Shown here piece after piece: positions 9,478 to 19,708 of a DNA stretch of 64,000 nucleotides. Below the pieces are notes generated by a model. The model saw only the letters and a program-made list of their open reading frames with translations, ran no database searches and was not told the DNA's origin. Source of the DNA: a virus; IMG/VR virus record IMGVR_UViG_3300010401_000003, positions 9,645 through 73,644 of that record; one strand, 5' to 3'. How positions within the stretch are numbered: the first letter of the stretch is position 1; the number at the start of each line of letters is the position of its first letter. The translations under genes and the position numbers were made by a program.

Positions 9478-11136
9478 TTATGCGAACGCTACAATCATCG
9501 CGCCGTTGCCAGTGCCGACAGTCACGCCGTCGTAGCCGTTCATGTACGGGATCTGCGCCCAGGTGCGCGCAGTTCCGCCGACGTTCGCGTCGGTCGCTCC
9601 GGTGACCGTAGGTTTGGTCGTATACATCGTCTTGCCGCCAGAGCGCACGCGCATGCCGACTCCAGTCGAACCCGTTCCCCAGATCAGATCGTTGCCGCTA
9701 AAGAGTGCTGCGGCTCGCACGTTACCGTCTTCGATGAGGAGTCCATCGGCGCCAGCATCGAACACCGCCATCGTTGCGACACGCAGCACGCCGTTGTAGC
9801 GCACGCGGATACCGTCATTACCGCTCTGGCTAAATAGCGTGTCGTAGTCGACGAAAAGGGTTGCCCCCGATTGCACCGACGGCCGTCCGCGCACGAGGCA
9901 CGCGAAGAACGAGGTCGAGCTCGGCGCCGCTGCGATCACGACACCCGTGTCGATGAAGCACGTGCACAGGTTTGCATTGAAGGGCGGGTGCATGCGGCAG
10001 CCGTAGGCTACTGGCGCATTCGTGACCGTGCCGATCGGCAGCATCGAGATCGGGATGTCGCTCTGGGTCAGGTAGACGTTCTGGAGGACAACCTGCGTGC
10101 CGTTCACGCTGGCGGCGCCGCCGTACTGCGCACTGATGTTATTGAGCGTGAGGTAGCCGATCGTCGTCAGGCTCTCGACTACGAACGTGTTTCCGGCCGC
10201 GACGTTGACGGGCGTCGGCGTGAAGGGCAGCGGGTTTGCCGCGAAGGACATCGTTGTCCATGGGCTCGTGCGGTACACGCCTCCGCCGAAGTCTCGATCC
10301 AACCACGCGATGGCGCCGGTGCTAGCGCCGCTCGTTGCGCGAATGCGCTGGCCGGTGCGGCCGGCGCCGAGGCCCGCCTCGGTGATCGCGCTCGCGGTTT
10401 GGGTGGCGCGGTTCAGGTTCGTGACGGCGGAGAAGCCTCCGCCTGGCGACGTGTAGATCGTCGTCGCAACACCGGTGATGCGGAGTACGCCCGCTGACCC
10501 GAGGATGAAGTTGAAGATGCACGGGTCGGTCGCGGGGACGTTGTTGAGATAGGTGACGGTGGTGTCGGCGACGATGTTCCAGATCGTTCCGACGCGACGC
10601 TGACGTTCAGCGTCGTGCTGGATTGCAGTGCCCGCAGTGAGCCCGTCGTTCGCATCACTTCCTGCGACTGGATCGATAAACCAAGCCGTCTGGGCTCGCG
10701 AAGCTACGTTGCCTACGCCGAGAGCTGGGTTTATTTGCAGGTCGTTCGCGTTGACAAGGAGCGTTGCGTCAGCATTTGCGACAACATCGAATGTTCGGTT
10801 GGCGGAGAGATCGCCACCGCCGGTTAGACCGGCGCCGGCTGTGAGCGTGCGCGTGGGCTGCACAGCAGTCGCGCCAGCCGCGGAACCCGCCTGAATGGTC
10901 GGGTTCACTCGAATGTTGTCGCCGTTGACGATGATGGAGTTGTCGGGGTTTTGGCCGACCGCCAACTGCGTTCCATTGGGCACGAGCCCCGGGCCGGCGA
11001 GCGCGTTCACTTCACCGGCGGCGATCGAGACTATTTCATCAACACCTTGCGAAACCGCGAGAATCCACCGCCCGTGGCGACTCGCAAGCTGGAGTTCGCT
11101 TGCGAGGGACTTCGCTATATCGAGTATATTTCCCAT
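9478..11136 (-). CDS. Fibre/spike protein with probable beta-helix head
   Basis: ELQLASRHGRW adaptor; one RTLTAGAGLTGGGDLSANRTF repeat; WFIDPVAGSDANDG motif typical of the start of pectin-lyase-like beta-helix proteins. Confidence 0.7.
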   Translation of the reverse strand: MGNILDIAKSLASELQLASRHGRWILAVSQGVDEIVSIAAGEVNALAGPGLVPNGTQLAVGQNPDNSIIVNGDNIRVNPTIQAGSAAGATAVQPTRTLTAGAGLTGGGDLSANRTFDVVANADATLLVNANDLQINPALGVGNVASRAQTAWFIDPVAGSDANDGLTAGTAIQHDAERQRRVGTIWNIVADTTVTYLNNVPATDPCIFNFILGSAGVLRITGVATTIYTSPGGGFSAVTNLNRATQTASAITEAGLGAGRTGQRIRATSGASTGAIAWLDRDFGGGVYRTSPWTTMSFAANPLPFTPTPVNVAAGNTFVVESLTTIGYLTLNNISAQYGGAASVNGTQVVLQNVYLTQSDIPISMLPIGTVTNAPVAYGCRMHPPFNANLCTCFIDTGVVIAAAPSSTSFFACLVRGRPSVQSGATLFVDYDTLFSQSGNDGIRVRYNGVLRVATMAVFDAGADGLLIEDGNVRAAALFSGNDLIWGTGSTGVGMRVRSGGKTMYTTKPTVTGATDANVGGTARTWAQIPYMNGYDGVTVGTGNGAMIVAFA

Positions 11137-11140
11137 GGCT

Positions 11141-11767
11141 TTAGCCCTGGGAACTTTGCACGATCGCGCCGACCGCTAACCCTCCGACTACGGCTCCGAC
11201 CGGACCGGCCACGAGCGCGCCGACTGCGGCTCCCGCGGCGGCTCCGATGAGCGTCGCCGTGCTGAGACCACCCTTGCTCGAGGCGACCGGAGTAATCGCT
11301 CCGCCGCCCGCCCCCGAACCAAGCCGGGGCTTCAAGACTGCCCATGCGGAGTTTTGCTGAGCGAGCGTTTGCGCCGCTGCGCGACTTCCGACGACGAGCA
11401 AGTGGTAGAGCTCGCCGGGCTGGCCCTGCATCAACTTCAACGTGTCGTTGATGTCTGCGAGCGTGATCTGATCGGCCGGCAACTCTTGGAGCTGTTGCGC
11501 GGCGGTTGGCAAGCCCTCGAGCTGGATGCCTTGCTGGTTCAGGGCTTGCGGAGTGACGGCGATGTAGCCGGTGGCTCCCGCGACGCCCGTGTTCTGGGGA
11601 TCGAGAACCACATAGCGGTTTTGCAAAAACAACATGACGTTGTTTGCAGCGTCCGCGCCGAGCTCCTGGACACCATCACTCGCGATCGATCCGATCGATG
11701 GCGCGGGCGCGTCTTGCGACAAGCGGCCTTGGCCGCGGGGTGCGGCCAGATTCTGATACAAGTGCAT
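11141..11767 (-). CDS. Tail-anchored membrane protein (glycine-zipper C-terminus)
   Basis: Leader ending GQGRLSQ; C-terminal GAAAGAAVGALVAGPVGAVVGG. Confidence 0.6.
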   Translation of the reverse strand: MHLYQNLAAPRGQGRLSQDAPAPSIGSIASDGVQELGADAANNVMLFLQNRYVVLDPQNTGVAGATGYIAVTPQALNQQGIQLEGLPTAAQQLQELPADQITLADINDTLKLMQGQPGELYHLLVVGSRAAAQTLAQQNSAWAVLKPRLGSGAGGGAITPVASSKGGLSTATLIGAAAGAAVGALVAGPVGAVVGGLAVGAIVQSSQG

Positions 11768-11779
11768 GGTTTGGTCCTC

Positions 11780-12193
11780 TTAGTTCGGGGGCGCGGGAGT
11801 CGCGGTCTCTGGCTTCGGACTTTCGATCGGATCGTCGTTTTGGACGATGACGATCGAAGACGAGGCACGCTTTTGATATTCGGTCGATTCGAGAAAAGCT
11901 CGAACCGCTGCGCGCATGAAGACGAGAGACACCACAACTCCCACGGTCGACACCAAACCGAGCGCGTAAACCGAGTGGACGACTGAAATCGCCGATACGA
12001 ACGCGAGCACGAGCAGGAAGAGCCCAATCACCGCGCCGGCCGTGAACGCGATCGCAAGCTCGGTGCGTCGCTTCAATTGGCCGTGGCTGAAAGCAGCTCG
12101 GAGGCTTTGCCCCTGCTCATCACGAATCGACTGAAGCCAATTATCCGCTTGATCACCGGGGGCTGTTTTGGCTTGCAGACTGGCGCTTTTCAT
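11780..12193 (-). CDS. Two-TM membrane protein
   Basis: Two long hydrophobic helices; divergent from gmd. Confidence 0.55.
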   Translation of the reverse strand: MKSASLQAKTAPGDQADNWLQSIRDEQGQSLRAAFSHGQLKRRTELAIAFTAGAVIGLFLLVLAFVSAISVVHSVYALGLVSTVGVVVSLVFMRAAVRAFLESTEYQKRASSSIVIVQNDDPIESPKPETATPAPPN

Positions 12194-12224
12194 CGTCGTT
12201 CTCAGAGCTTATGATGCGAGCACC

Positions 12225-13220
12225 ATGTCGGGCAAGCCGCGCGCACTCATCACGGGGATCACTGGGCAAGACGGATTTTACCTCACCCGCCTTTTGCTCG
12301 AAAAAGGCTACGAGGTTCATGGGGTTGTGAGACGGGGGCAAAACCCGGATTTGCCCGTGGGCGTGGGCGTCCATCTTGGGGATCTCACGGACCCGGCTAC
12401 CATTTACCAGGCGATCACCGACTCGGACCCGAGCGAGATTTACAACCTCGGTGCCCAAAGTCACGTCGGCGCGAGCTTCAAAGAAGCGTCGTACACGTTT
12501 CGCGCGACGGCCGAGCCGATCCTCACGATCCTCGAATGCCTCCGCGCGAACGGCGGCGCCGCGCGCGGCGTCCGCGTCTATCAAGCGAGCTCGAGTGAGA
12601 TGTTCGGGGATGCGCCGGCGCCGCAAAACGAAAACTCGCCCTTCCGTCCGCAAAGTCCGTATGCGGTCGCGAAGGTCGCCGCGCATCACACCGTCAGTCT
12701 CTATCGCAAGGCGTACGGCCTGTTTGTGGTGGGCGGGATCTTGTTCAATCACGAGGGGCCGCGGCGGCCCCCGAGTTTCGTCACGCGCAAGATCACGCGC
12801 GGGGTCGCGCGGATTTTCTCGGGTAACGACGACTCTCTCACGCTCGGCAATCTCGATGCTTGTCGGGACTGGGGCTTTGCGGGCGACTACGTCAAGGCCA
12901 TGTGGCTCATGCTCCAGCAGGACACGCCGAAGGACTACATCGTGGCCACGGGCAATACGCATTCGGTGCGCGACTTCGTGATCGCCGCCTTCGATCACGC
13001 CAACCGACTCACGGGTAGAAATCTCCAGTGGGAGATGTTCGTGAAGACGAGCGCCGACCTCCAACGCCCCTCGGAGGTGCCGCATTTGCTCGGCAACGCC
13101 AGCCGCACATGCCAAGAGCTCGGTTGGGCGCCCGAGGTCAACTTCGACGGCTTGGTCCGGATGATGGTCGAGGCGGATCTCGAAGACCACGGCGTCGCGT
13201 TGATCCGCGCGACCGGTTGA
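12225..13220 (+). CDS. gmd: GDP-mannose 4,6-dehydratase
   Basis: ALITGITGQDGFYL, YNLGAQSHV, YQASSSEMFG, SPYAVAK, LFNHEGPRR, RDWGFAGDYV. Confidence 0.95.
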   Translation: MSGKPRALITGITGQDGFYLTRLLLEKGYEVHGVVRRGQNPDLPVGVGVHLGDLTDPATIYQAITDSDPSEIYNLGAQSHVGASFKEASYTFRATAEPILTILECLRANGGAARGVRVYQASSSEMFGDAPAPQNENSPFRPQSPYAVAKVAAHHTVSLYRKAYGLFVVGGILFNHEGPRRPPSFVTRKITRGVARIFSGNDDSLTLGNLDACRDWGFAGDYVKAMWLMLQQDTPKDYIVATGNTHSVRDFVIAAFDHANRLTGRNLQWEMFVKTSADLQRPSEVPHLLGNASRTCQELGWAPEVNFDGLVRMMVEADLEDHGVALIRATG

Positions 13221-13247
13221 CATCTTGTTGCAAGATGTTACATCTTG
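13217..13247 (+). promoter_or_regulatory. Sigma70-like promoter overlapped by three ACATCTTG boxes (direct/inverted/direct)
   Basis: TTGACA at 13217; ACATCTTG 13220-27, CAAGATGT 13231-38, ACATCTTG 13240-47; ATG at 13252. Confidence 0.65.
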
Positions 13248-13251
13248 CTAC

Positions 13252-13923
13252 ATGGTGAAACTCTCGCATTCGTGGACCCATCAAGACATTCAACGCGTCT
13301 CGGCGGAAAGTTTGGTCGATACGCGTACGATCGAGCGGGCGCTGCGTGGCGATCCAGTTCGACCGGGAAGCCGCACGCGCATCGTTGCCGCGGCGCGCGT
13401 CCTTCGTCTCAAGCTTCCGGCCGTGCTTTTGGCCGCTCTCTTGGCGTTCGGGTGCTCGCTCGACTCCGAGAGCTCGCGGCTTTTCGGGAGCGGCGGGGCG
13501 GCGGGCGCGGCGGTCGATAGCGCGGCCGGCGGCGTGGCGGGCAGCGTGTCGCTCGGGGGCGGCGCGGGCCCGGGCGGGAGCAATACGGGAGGCGTCAGTG
13601 GCAGTCCGCCCGTGGATTCCGGGACAACGACGTGCAGCGACGGAGAAAAGCGACCGTGCGCATGCATCGGGATTGAGGGCTCGGAGCGTTGCACCGGCGG
13701 CACTTGGGAAGTCTGCAAGGAAGTGCTCGGCGGGCTCTGTTGCAGTCAGCCCGGGGAATGGCTCGGCTGCTGGGGAAGCGGGTGTTTGGTCTGCCAACAG
13801 GATATCGCAGCGTTCCCCCATTACATGGAGCACCACCCTGCTTGCGTGATCACCGATTGCGCGCCATCGGCGCGCGGCGCGTGTAACTCGGCTTGCCCCA
13901 TGCCGACGGCGGCCGACCAGTGA
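13252..13923 (+). CDS. LacI-like HTH fused to a Gly/Cys-rich lipoprotein
   Basis: IQRVSAESLVDTRTIERALRG..SRTRIVAAARVL, then lipobox LLAALLAFGC, a Gly/Ala linker and a Cys-rich domain. Confidence 0.55.
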   Translation: MVKLSHSWTHQDIQRVSAESLVDTRTIERALRGDPVRPGSRTRIVAAARVLRLKLPAVLLAALLAFGCSLDSESSRLFGSGGAAGAAVDSAAGGVAGSVSLGGGAGPGGSNTGGVSGSPPVDSGTTTCSDGEKRPCACIGIEGSERCTGGTWEVCKEVLGGLCCSQPGEWLGCWGSGCLVCQQDIAAFPHYMEHHPACVITDCAPSARGACNSACPMPTAADQ

Positions 13924-14789
13924 TCTCGTCGATTCGCGTCACCCGCGATTATCCGGTCTCGATTGCGGACAACGACGAATGGGCGCTCGGCGCGTGCCGC
14001 GGCGATGCGGATAACGTCAATTGGGACATGCTCTTTTCCCAAATCTCGCGCGATTGTTTGGTGGTCGACGTTGGCGCGCATCTTGGCACGTTCGCGGTGC
14101 GGGCGGCGGCGCTCGGCGCCTTCGTCATCGCGCTCGAAGCTGGGAGCTCGAACGTGGAGCACCTTCGCAGAACTGCGCGACTCAATCCGGATCTTCGGAT
14201 CGAGGTCGTCCACGGCGCGGCCTGGTCGAAGCCCGGACGAGTTCGGTTTCGCGAAGATCGCGCGTACGGAATGATCTGTGCGGAGGGCGGCGCAGAGATT
14301 GATGCCGTCACAGTCGACGATGTCGTGGATCTCTATCCGCGCTCGATGCGCAACCCCGACGTTTTCGTCAAAATCGATGTCGAGGGCTCGGAGCCGCAGG
14401 TGCTCCGCGGAATGCAGCACCTCCTTGCCTTCGATCCGGTGGTTTTTTACGAAAGCAATTCGCATACGCTCGCGCTCCAAGGCTCGGACATTCTTGAGCC
14501 CCGGCGGATTCTCGCGGAGAGTGGCTACGTCAGCTTTTTGATCCACGAGGGCGTGCTCTATCGCCTCGGTCCGGAAGACTCACAGCCGACGGTCTATACC
14601 GACGTGATTGCGCTCCGGCGGGAGCGGGCTATATCACCCGCGTCCGGAATGCCGCTTGCGCTCTTTCAATCGGCAATGCTTGCCGGGATGGCGCGTCTGC
14701 CCATTGAAGGCAAAGCGCACGTCCGGCGGGAGCTTCTCCGCCGTCCGGATCTCGCTAGCCCCGAGCTTCTCCATTTGATCGGCGAATGA
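13920..14789 (+). CDS. FkbM-family methyltransferase
   Basis: VVDVGAHLG, VKIDVEGSE; GTG start overlaps the upstream stop. Confidence 0.9.
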   Translation: MISSIRVTRDYPVSIADNDEWALGACRGDADNVNWDMLFSQISRDCLVVDVGAHLGTFAVRAAALGAFVIALEAGSSNVEHLRRTARLNPDLRIEVVHGAAWSKPGRVRFREDRAYGMICAEGGAEIDAVTVDDVVDLYPRSMRNPDVFVKIDVEGSEPQVLRGMQHLLAFDPVVFYESNSHTLALQGSDILEPRRILAESGYVSFLIHEGVLYRLGPEDSQPTVYTDVIALRRERAISPASGMPLALFQSAMLAGMARLPIEGKAHVRRELLRRPDLASPELLHLIGE

Positions 14790-16029
14790 CTCGAAACTCG
14801 GGCAGCGGCACAATGAACGCCCCACCGGCATCGAGGTAGGCCGCTTCGCGCTCGAGAAACTCGTCTAGGAAGTGCCACGGCAACACCAAGAAGTAGTCCG
14901 GCTTTTTCGCCCGCGCCTCTTCCTCGGAGATGATTGGGATTAACGAGCCGACGGTTTTCTTTCCCCACTTGTCCGGGTTCCGCTCGGCGGCGGCCGCGAT
15001 CATCGGGTGCTTCAAGCCGACATATTGGAGAAGCGTGTTGCCCTTGGTCGAGGCTCCGTAGACGTAAATGGTTTTTCCGCTCGAGCATTCCTTGGTGATG
15101 AAACTCGCTAGCTCGGTGGTTTCAGAAATCACGCGCTCGGCGAAGGACGTGTAGGCGTCGAGGCTGTCGAGGCCCATCCGGAGCTCGTCTTCGCGCATGC
15201 GGAGCACCGATGGGGAGGGAGAGCGGCCGAGCGCGGCCTTTCGCACGAACACGCGGATGCTGCCGCCGTTGACATCATTGTGCTCCACGAATTCGACCGC
15301 AAACCCGTGCGCTCCCAAGAGGCGCTCGAGCGAAAGCAGCGAGTAATATTCCAGGTGCTCGTGACAGATGTTGTCCCACATCGTTCGGTCGAGCATCGAT
15401 TTCAAGTCGGCCATTTGGATGATCCAAACGCCATCGGGCGCGAGCACGCTCGCAACATCGCGCACGAAAGCGTTTGGGTCGTCGAGGTCGTAGAACATCG
15501 CGATAGACGTCACGATGTCGGCGGGCGAGCTCATTTTTTCGTGGTAGGCCGCTGCGTTGAAAAAGTCGTTGATGATGAGGTTGTTTCCCTCGCTCGCGGC
15601 GGCGATCAGATTCTTCGCGGGCTCAAATCCGACGCGGGTGACGAAGTCGTCCGGGCGTCCGAGAGCGCCGCAGTAGGCGCGCAGCAACGTCCCGTCATTG
15701 GCGCCGATGTCGAGCGCGACCAACTTTTCGGGCAACCGATCGCGCTCTTCGGCGATCCAAGTGACCGCCAAGGCGGCGATGTCCTCGAGCTCTTTCGTCA
15801 TGGATCGGTTGGTGCTCGAGCGATACCAGTAATGCCGATACATTTCCTCGGGCGGCACGGTGTGACGGAGTTGCACCAAGGTGCAGCCGCGGCAAAGCAC
15901 CAAGTCGAGCGGGTAGGACGGCACGACGGTGTCGTCATCGACGAAGGCCGACAAGTAGAGCTCGCCGAGGCCCAGGACTTCGAGCAGATCGGCGGAGTGA
16001 CAAGCCCGGCAGACTTCGATGGTGCGCAT
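14755..16029 (-). CDS. NDP-hexose C-methyltransferase (Zn-binding, class I SAM)
   Basis: CRAC..CRGCTLVQL, LDIGANDGTLL, ICHEHLEYYS, YGASTKGNTLL, LPWHF. Confidence 0.9.
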   Translation of the reverse strand: MRTIEVCRACHSADLLEVLGLGELYLSAFVDDDTVVPSYPLDLVLCRGCTLVQLRHTVPPEEMYRHYWYRSSTNRSMTKELEDIAALAVTWIAEERDRLPEKLVALDIGANDGTLLRAYCGALGRPDDFVTRVGFEPAKNLIAAASEGNNLIINDFFNAAAYHEKMSSPADIVTSIAMFYDLDDPNAFVRDVASVLAPDGVWIIQMADLKSMLDRTMWDNICHEHLEYYSLLSLERLLGAHGFAVEFVEHNDVNGGSIRVFVRKAALGRSPSPSVLRMREDELRMGLDSLDAYTSFAERVISETTELASFITKECSSGKTIYVYGASTKGNTLLQYVGLKHPMIAAAAERNPDKWGKKTVGSLIPIISEEEARAKKPDYFLVLPWHFLDEFLEREAAYLDAGGAFIVPLPEFRVIRRSNGEARG

Positions 16030-16069
16030 CTCGACCCCGAGTGTCGTTCGAGAGGCCCGGTCCGGTCAA

Positions 16070-16570
16070 CTAACCGCGGGCAACGAGCGCGAGATTCGTG
16101 TCTTCTTCGGTGATCGATTCAACGACCATCCCGAGCCCGGCCATGAGATCGAGGAGGCGCGCATGGTCGAAGCCCGCATAGTGCGCGTTCAGGCGCCAGT
16201 TTTCTCTGCCGACCACGGCTTCGTGGCCGCCGTAGATCCAAAGGCTTGCCTCGCGCGCGTCGAATGTCCCATCGAGATAACGCTGACAGAGCACGCGCAA
16301 GTTCGGGACGCGGAGGGTCAGGCTCCCGCCGGGCTCCAAGACGCGTTTCCATTCGACCAGAACGGTCTCCGTGTGCATCCAGGACGTGTGCTCGAGAATG
16401 TCACCCGCCAGGATCTCGGAGAACGCGCCGTCCGGCCACGGCAGCGGGCCGAAGACATCGACCGTCTCGTCGCACGGCATGCCTTCGGCGATGTCGACGT
16501 TCCAGAAGTCGTCTCGCCAATCGGGGCCGCAACCGAGGTTTAGCTTGTTGAAGTCTTCTCGTTGTCGCAT
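16070..16570 (-). CDS. SAM-dependent methyltransferase (type 11-like)
   Basis: KLNLGCG, LEH, EWKRVLEPGG. Confidence 0.85.
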   Translation of the reverse strand: MRQREDFNKLNLGCGPDWRDDFWNVDIAEGMPCDETVDVFGPLPWPDGAFSEILAGDILEHTSWMHTETVLVEWKRVLEPGGSLTLRVPNLRVLCQRYLDGTFDAREASLWIYGGHEAVVGRENWRLNAHYAGFDHARLLDLMAGLGMVVESITEEDTNLALVARG

Positions 16571-19500
16571 CTATTCGATTCCCATCGCGCGGAGCATGTT
16601 CGGGAAAGAGTGGCGGGCGGCGTACGCGGACTGGCGCTCGAGCGCAGCTCTGCGCTTGTCGTCGTCTTCCAAGAGATCTCTCACGACCGCGTCCACTTCT
16701 TCTTTGTTTTCGTAGACGACGACCGCGCCGACGTGGCCGTGCAGGTCGAAGTAGGATTTGCTCCGGTCGACGACGAGCGGGATCTTAGCGGCCATGCAAA
16801 AACGCGCCGAGGCTGACGAATAGGCGCGACTCGTTGCGACGCGCGCCAGCAAGGCGACGCGGTGGCGCGCGAGCTCGGAAGCGCACTCGGCTTCGTTCAT
16901 GAAGGCTCGTCGGGGGCGAAAGCGGCGCCAGCCGCGGGTTTCGTACCATGACGAGATTTGGTCGAGCCGCGGTCCGTAGCCGTAGATCGGGACGCCGAGG
17001 CGCTCGGCGACGCCGACCAAGAGATCGATGCGACGACTCGGATCGGCGAAGCCCATGAAGGCCAGGCCGCCGAGTGGCTCACGGAAGGGCATTTCGAAGG
17101 ACGGTACCGGGAGCGGGCAGTAGATGCCGCCGGCCCATTCGAGCGCTTCGGGATGATGGAAGACCAACAGATCGGAGTGGTCGCGGTAGGCATGCATGTT
17201 GTGCAGCCACTCGAGCGAGGTTTCCGCGTGGTGATAGTTCACGAATATTTTCGCGCCGCGGGTCCGAAGGATTTCTAGATTTTTGATGTCGCCCGGTCCG
17301 AGCGCCTCGCCTGTTGGCTGGCAGCCCCATTGCACTTGCAAGATCACCGATTTCACCGGGCGCTCGTCGGACACTTGTCGAGCTACGTCGATCGAGCGCA
17401 CCCACGACGCGCGCTGGTGGGCGTCCCGCAAAAACATCGCATGGCTCGCGACCCCGTGGGGGACGGAATTCGGCCGGTAGACGATCAGGAGCTCGGACTT
17501 TTCTCGGGCGATGACCTCGGCGGCTTCGAGTGGGCGCTCGGCGTCGAGCAATTCACGCAAGGTGAAAGTTCGGGCGAGCTCGGCGACGTAATCGGAGGGA
17601 GCCTCACCGGTCCATTTTTCGTGAAGTGTGGCCGCGGCAAGCTTGGGGAGAGCGGTGTTTGCGTGGCCGCGGATTTCTACCGCGTGGACCTCGTGCGGGT
17701 GATGCACCTCGGCAGCCGGATCGGCGTAGATGGCAAATCCCGCGCGCCGCATGTTCTTGGAGAAGCCGACGACGTCGTCGGTCTCGCTGAATCTCACGCC
17801 GCCGTAAATCGGAGCCGCGCGACAGAAGAGAACGCTGCCCACGGACTCGAGCTCGATGGGCGATTGCGCGAACCTCGCGACCTCATCGCGCGTTGGCCCT
17901 TTGCCAAAGAGCGGATCGATATGGCCGGCGCTCCGGCGGAAGGCCCAGGAGTCGTAAAACTGATTTCCACGCCAAACCATCGGCGCCACAAGGCCCGCGC
18001 GGGGACGCTCGTCGAGTGTTCGTTGGAGCCGCTTCGCCAGATCGGGCGCGTACATCAAATCGGAGGTCAGGAAGAGCACGTATTCCACTTCGAGATGCTC
18101 GGTGATGAAGTCGAGGCCGACGTTGGACACGTGCGCGAGCGTCTTTAGGCGGACCGGGTTTAGCGTGGAGCCGAAGAGCGGGTTACCGAGCGAGACGTGC
18201 AGCACGGACACTCGATCGTTCTCCCTGGCCCACGCATCCAACAAATCCGGAGTCTCGTCGGTGCTGTCGCCCTCGACGCACACCACGAAAGGACGCTCGG
18301 CCCAGTCGAGCGATTCGATCTGCGCGCGATAACGACGCACGACCTCGGGGCATTGACGGAAGAGCGAGACAATCGCGAGCCGGTTTTTCTTCACGTCGCG
18401 CGGCGGCGGGCGCGGCGCGACTCGAGCGATCGTCGGCGATACCAAATCTTCGAGGAGCGTGCGCATGAGCGCACCGACGTCGGCCGAGGTGAAGCCTGCC
18501 CACGAACGCCGCTCTCTTTTCGGTAACGGGTGGGCAGCGGCCTCCTGCATCGCGGCGGCGGCACTGTCCAGATCGAAGTCCCACCACTTCGCATCAGGTT
18601 CCCAGCCGTAGACCGGATCGCACGGCAGCATCGCGCTCGCTTTCACGCGAATGTCGCCCTCGGCTGCAAACTCTTCGGGGCCGCCTGATTCGGAATAGAT
18701 CATCCGGTTTCCCGACAAGAGCGCGTCGAACGCCGGCATGTCCCATCCCTCTCCGTGGGAGAGCGACAGATAAACGTCGCCGTCGCGGTGAAGCGCCAAG
18801 AGCTCAGCCTCCGACCACACCTCGACGGGCACCCGCACCCACTGTCGTATTGACTCAGTCGTCCAGCCGTTTGCGCGCACCTCCGGATCAGCCAGCAGCG
18901 TCCAAAGATCGGCGAGGCTCCCGGCAACGTGGGTCGTCTTCAGTGTGAGGCGCGCTTCGCCAGGACGGAACGCGCGCAAAAACGCATGCAGGCTTTTCTT
19001 TTGGTCCTTGCGCGTGTCGAGCACGCCGATTCGATAGAAGTGGATCGGACCCGGTGAGCGCTCGCGGCCCAGCAAGCCTAGATGCGGATCGTTCGGGAAG
19101 AAGGGGACATGGACTTTGTGCAAACGGAAGTCCTGCACCCCGGAATTGCGAAAGGCATCGATGTTCTTTTGGTTCGGGAGCCACCATTGCTTGACGCGAT
19201 TGGCCTGAGCGACGCTTTGAGGACCGATGCGATCGCGCTCGATCATCGTCGTTAGCGCGACGGGCAACGGACGCGAAACAAGGCGATTTATTTCGGCCGC
19301 TTGCTCAGCATCGCCGCGGGTCGGGAAGCCACCCACGAAGGCGCTGACTGGGAGCGCGCGCAGCATGTCCATCACTTCCGCCGCGGCCTCGGGGCGCGCG
19401 TGGCCGTAGAAAGGATCGAGCGTGAGATACACCGGGAGCCGCGTGTCGCTGAGAGCTCGCGCCAATCGTCGCCATGCCGCGCAGATGCCCACACCCCAAA

Positions 19501-19708
19501 GCGCCCACGGGGCGTGAAACTCCGCGGCGCTGAGAGCGCCGGTGGCAACGGGCGGGGGCGGCGGAGCCGGCGGAGGCGGATACTTCGCTGTTACGCGCAC
19601 GGTCGGCTGCGCGCGATTTTTTCCAAAGCGTTGCTGCTGAAGCGCGCGGAGTTTTGATTGCCACTGATTGCGCTGCGTTTTGCTGTACATCAGAGTGTTT
19701 TCATCCAC
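16571..19708 (-). CDS. Tri-modular glycosyltransferase (GT4-like + GT-A/GT2-like + GT-B-like)
   Basis: RK..SHGEGWDMPA (GT4); VEGDSTDET..FYDSWAFR..ESVGS (GT-A); FMGF..YSSASA (second GT-B). Confidence 0.8.
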   Translation of the reverse strand: MDENTLMYSKTQRNQWQSKLRALQQQRFGKNRAQPTVRVTAKYPPPPAPPPPPVATGALSAAEFHAPWALWGVGICAAWRRLARALSDTRLPVYLTLDPFYGHARPEAAAEVMDMLRALPVSAFVGGFPTRGDAEQAAEINRLVSRPLPVALTTMIERDRIGPQSVAQANRVKQWWLPNQKNIDAFRNSGVQDFRLHKVHVPFFPNDPHLGLLGRERSPGPIHFYRIGVLDTRKDQKKSLHAFLRAFRPGEARLTLKTTHVAGSLADLWTLLADPEVRANGWTTESIRQWVRVPVEVWSEAELLALHRDGDVYLSLSHGEGWDMPAFDALLSGNRMIYSESGGPEEFAAEGDIRVKASAMLPCDPVYGWEPDAKWWDFDLDSAAAAMQEAAAHPLPKRERRSWAGFTSADVGALMRTLLEDLVSPTIARVAPRPPPRDVKKNRLAIVSLFRQCPEVVRRYRAQIESLDWAERPFVVCVEGDSTDETPDLLDAWARENDRVSVLHVSLGNPLFGSTLNPVRLKTLAHVSNVGLDFITEHLEVEYVLFLTSDLMYAPDLAKRLQRTLDERPRAGLVAPMVWRGNQFYDSWAFRRSAGHIDPLFGKGPTRDEVARFAQSPIELESVGSVLFCRAAPIYGGVRFSETDDVVGFSKNMRRAGFAIYADPAAEVHHPHEVHAVEIRGHANTALPKLAAATLHEKWTGEAPSDYVAELARTFTLRELLDAERPLEAAEVIAREKSELLIVYRPNSVPHGVASHAMFLRDAHQRASWVRSIDVARQVSDERPVKSVILQVQWGCQPTGEALGPGDIKNLEILRTRGAKIFVNYHHAETSLEWLHNMHAYRDHSDLLVFHHPEALEWAGGIYCPLPVPSFEMPFREPLGGLAFMGFADPSRRIDLLVGVAERLGVPIYGYGPRLDQISSWYETRGWRRFRPRRAFMNEAECASELARHRVALLARVATSRAYSSASARFCMAAKIPLVVDRSKSYFDLHGHVGAVVVYENKEEVDAVVRDLLEDDDKRRAALERQSAYAARHSFPNMLRAMGIE

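Noticed and set aside
8560-10870. Near-identical DNA repeats within and between two fibre genes as possible invertible or template repeats
   Set aside because: They encode the common AGAGLTGGGDLSANRT fibre repeat in direct orientation; no recombinase or RT nearby.
15030-15075. YGASTKGNT as a Walker A motif of a packaging ATPase
   Set aside because: It is the conserved GAxxKG motif of the C-methyltransferase C-terminal domain.
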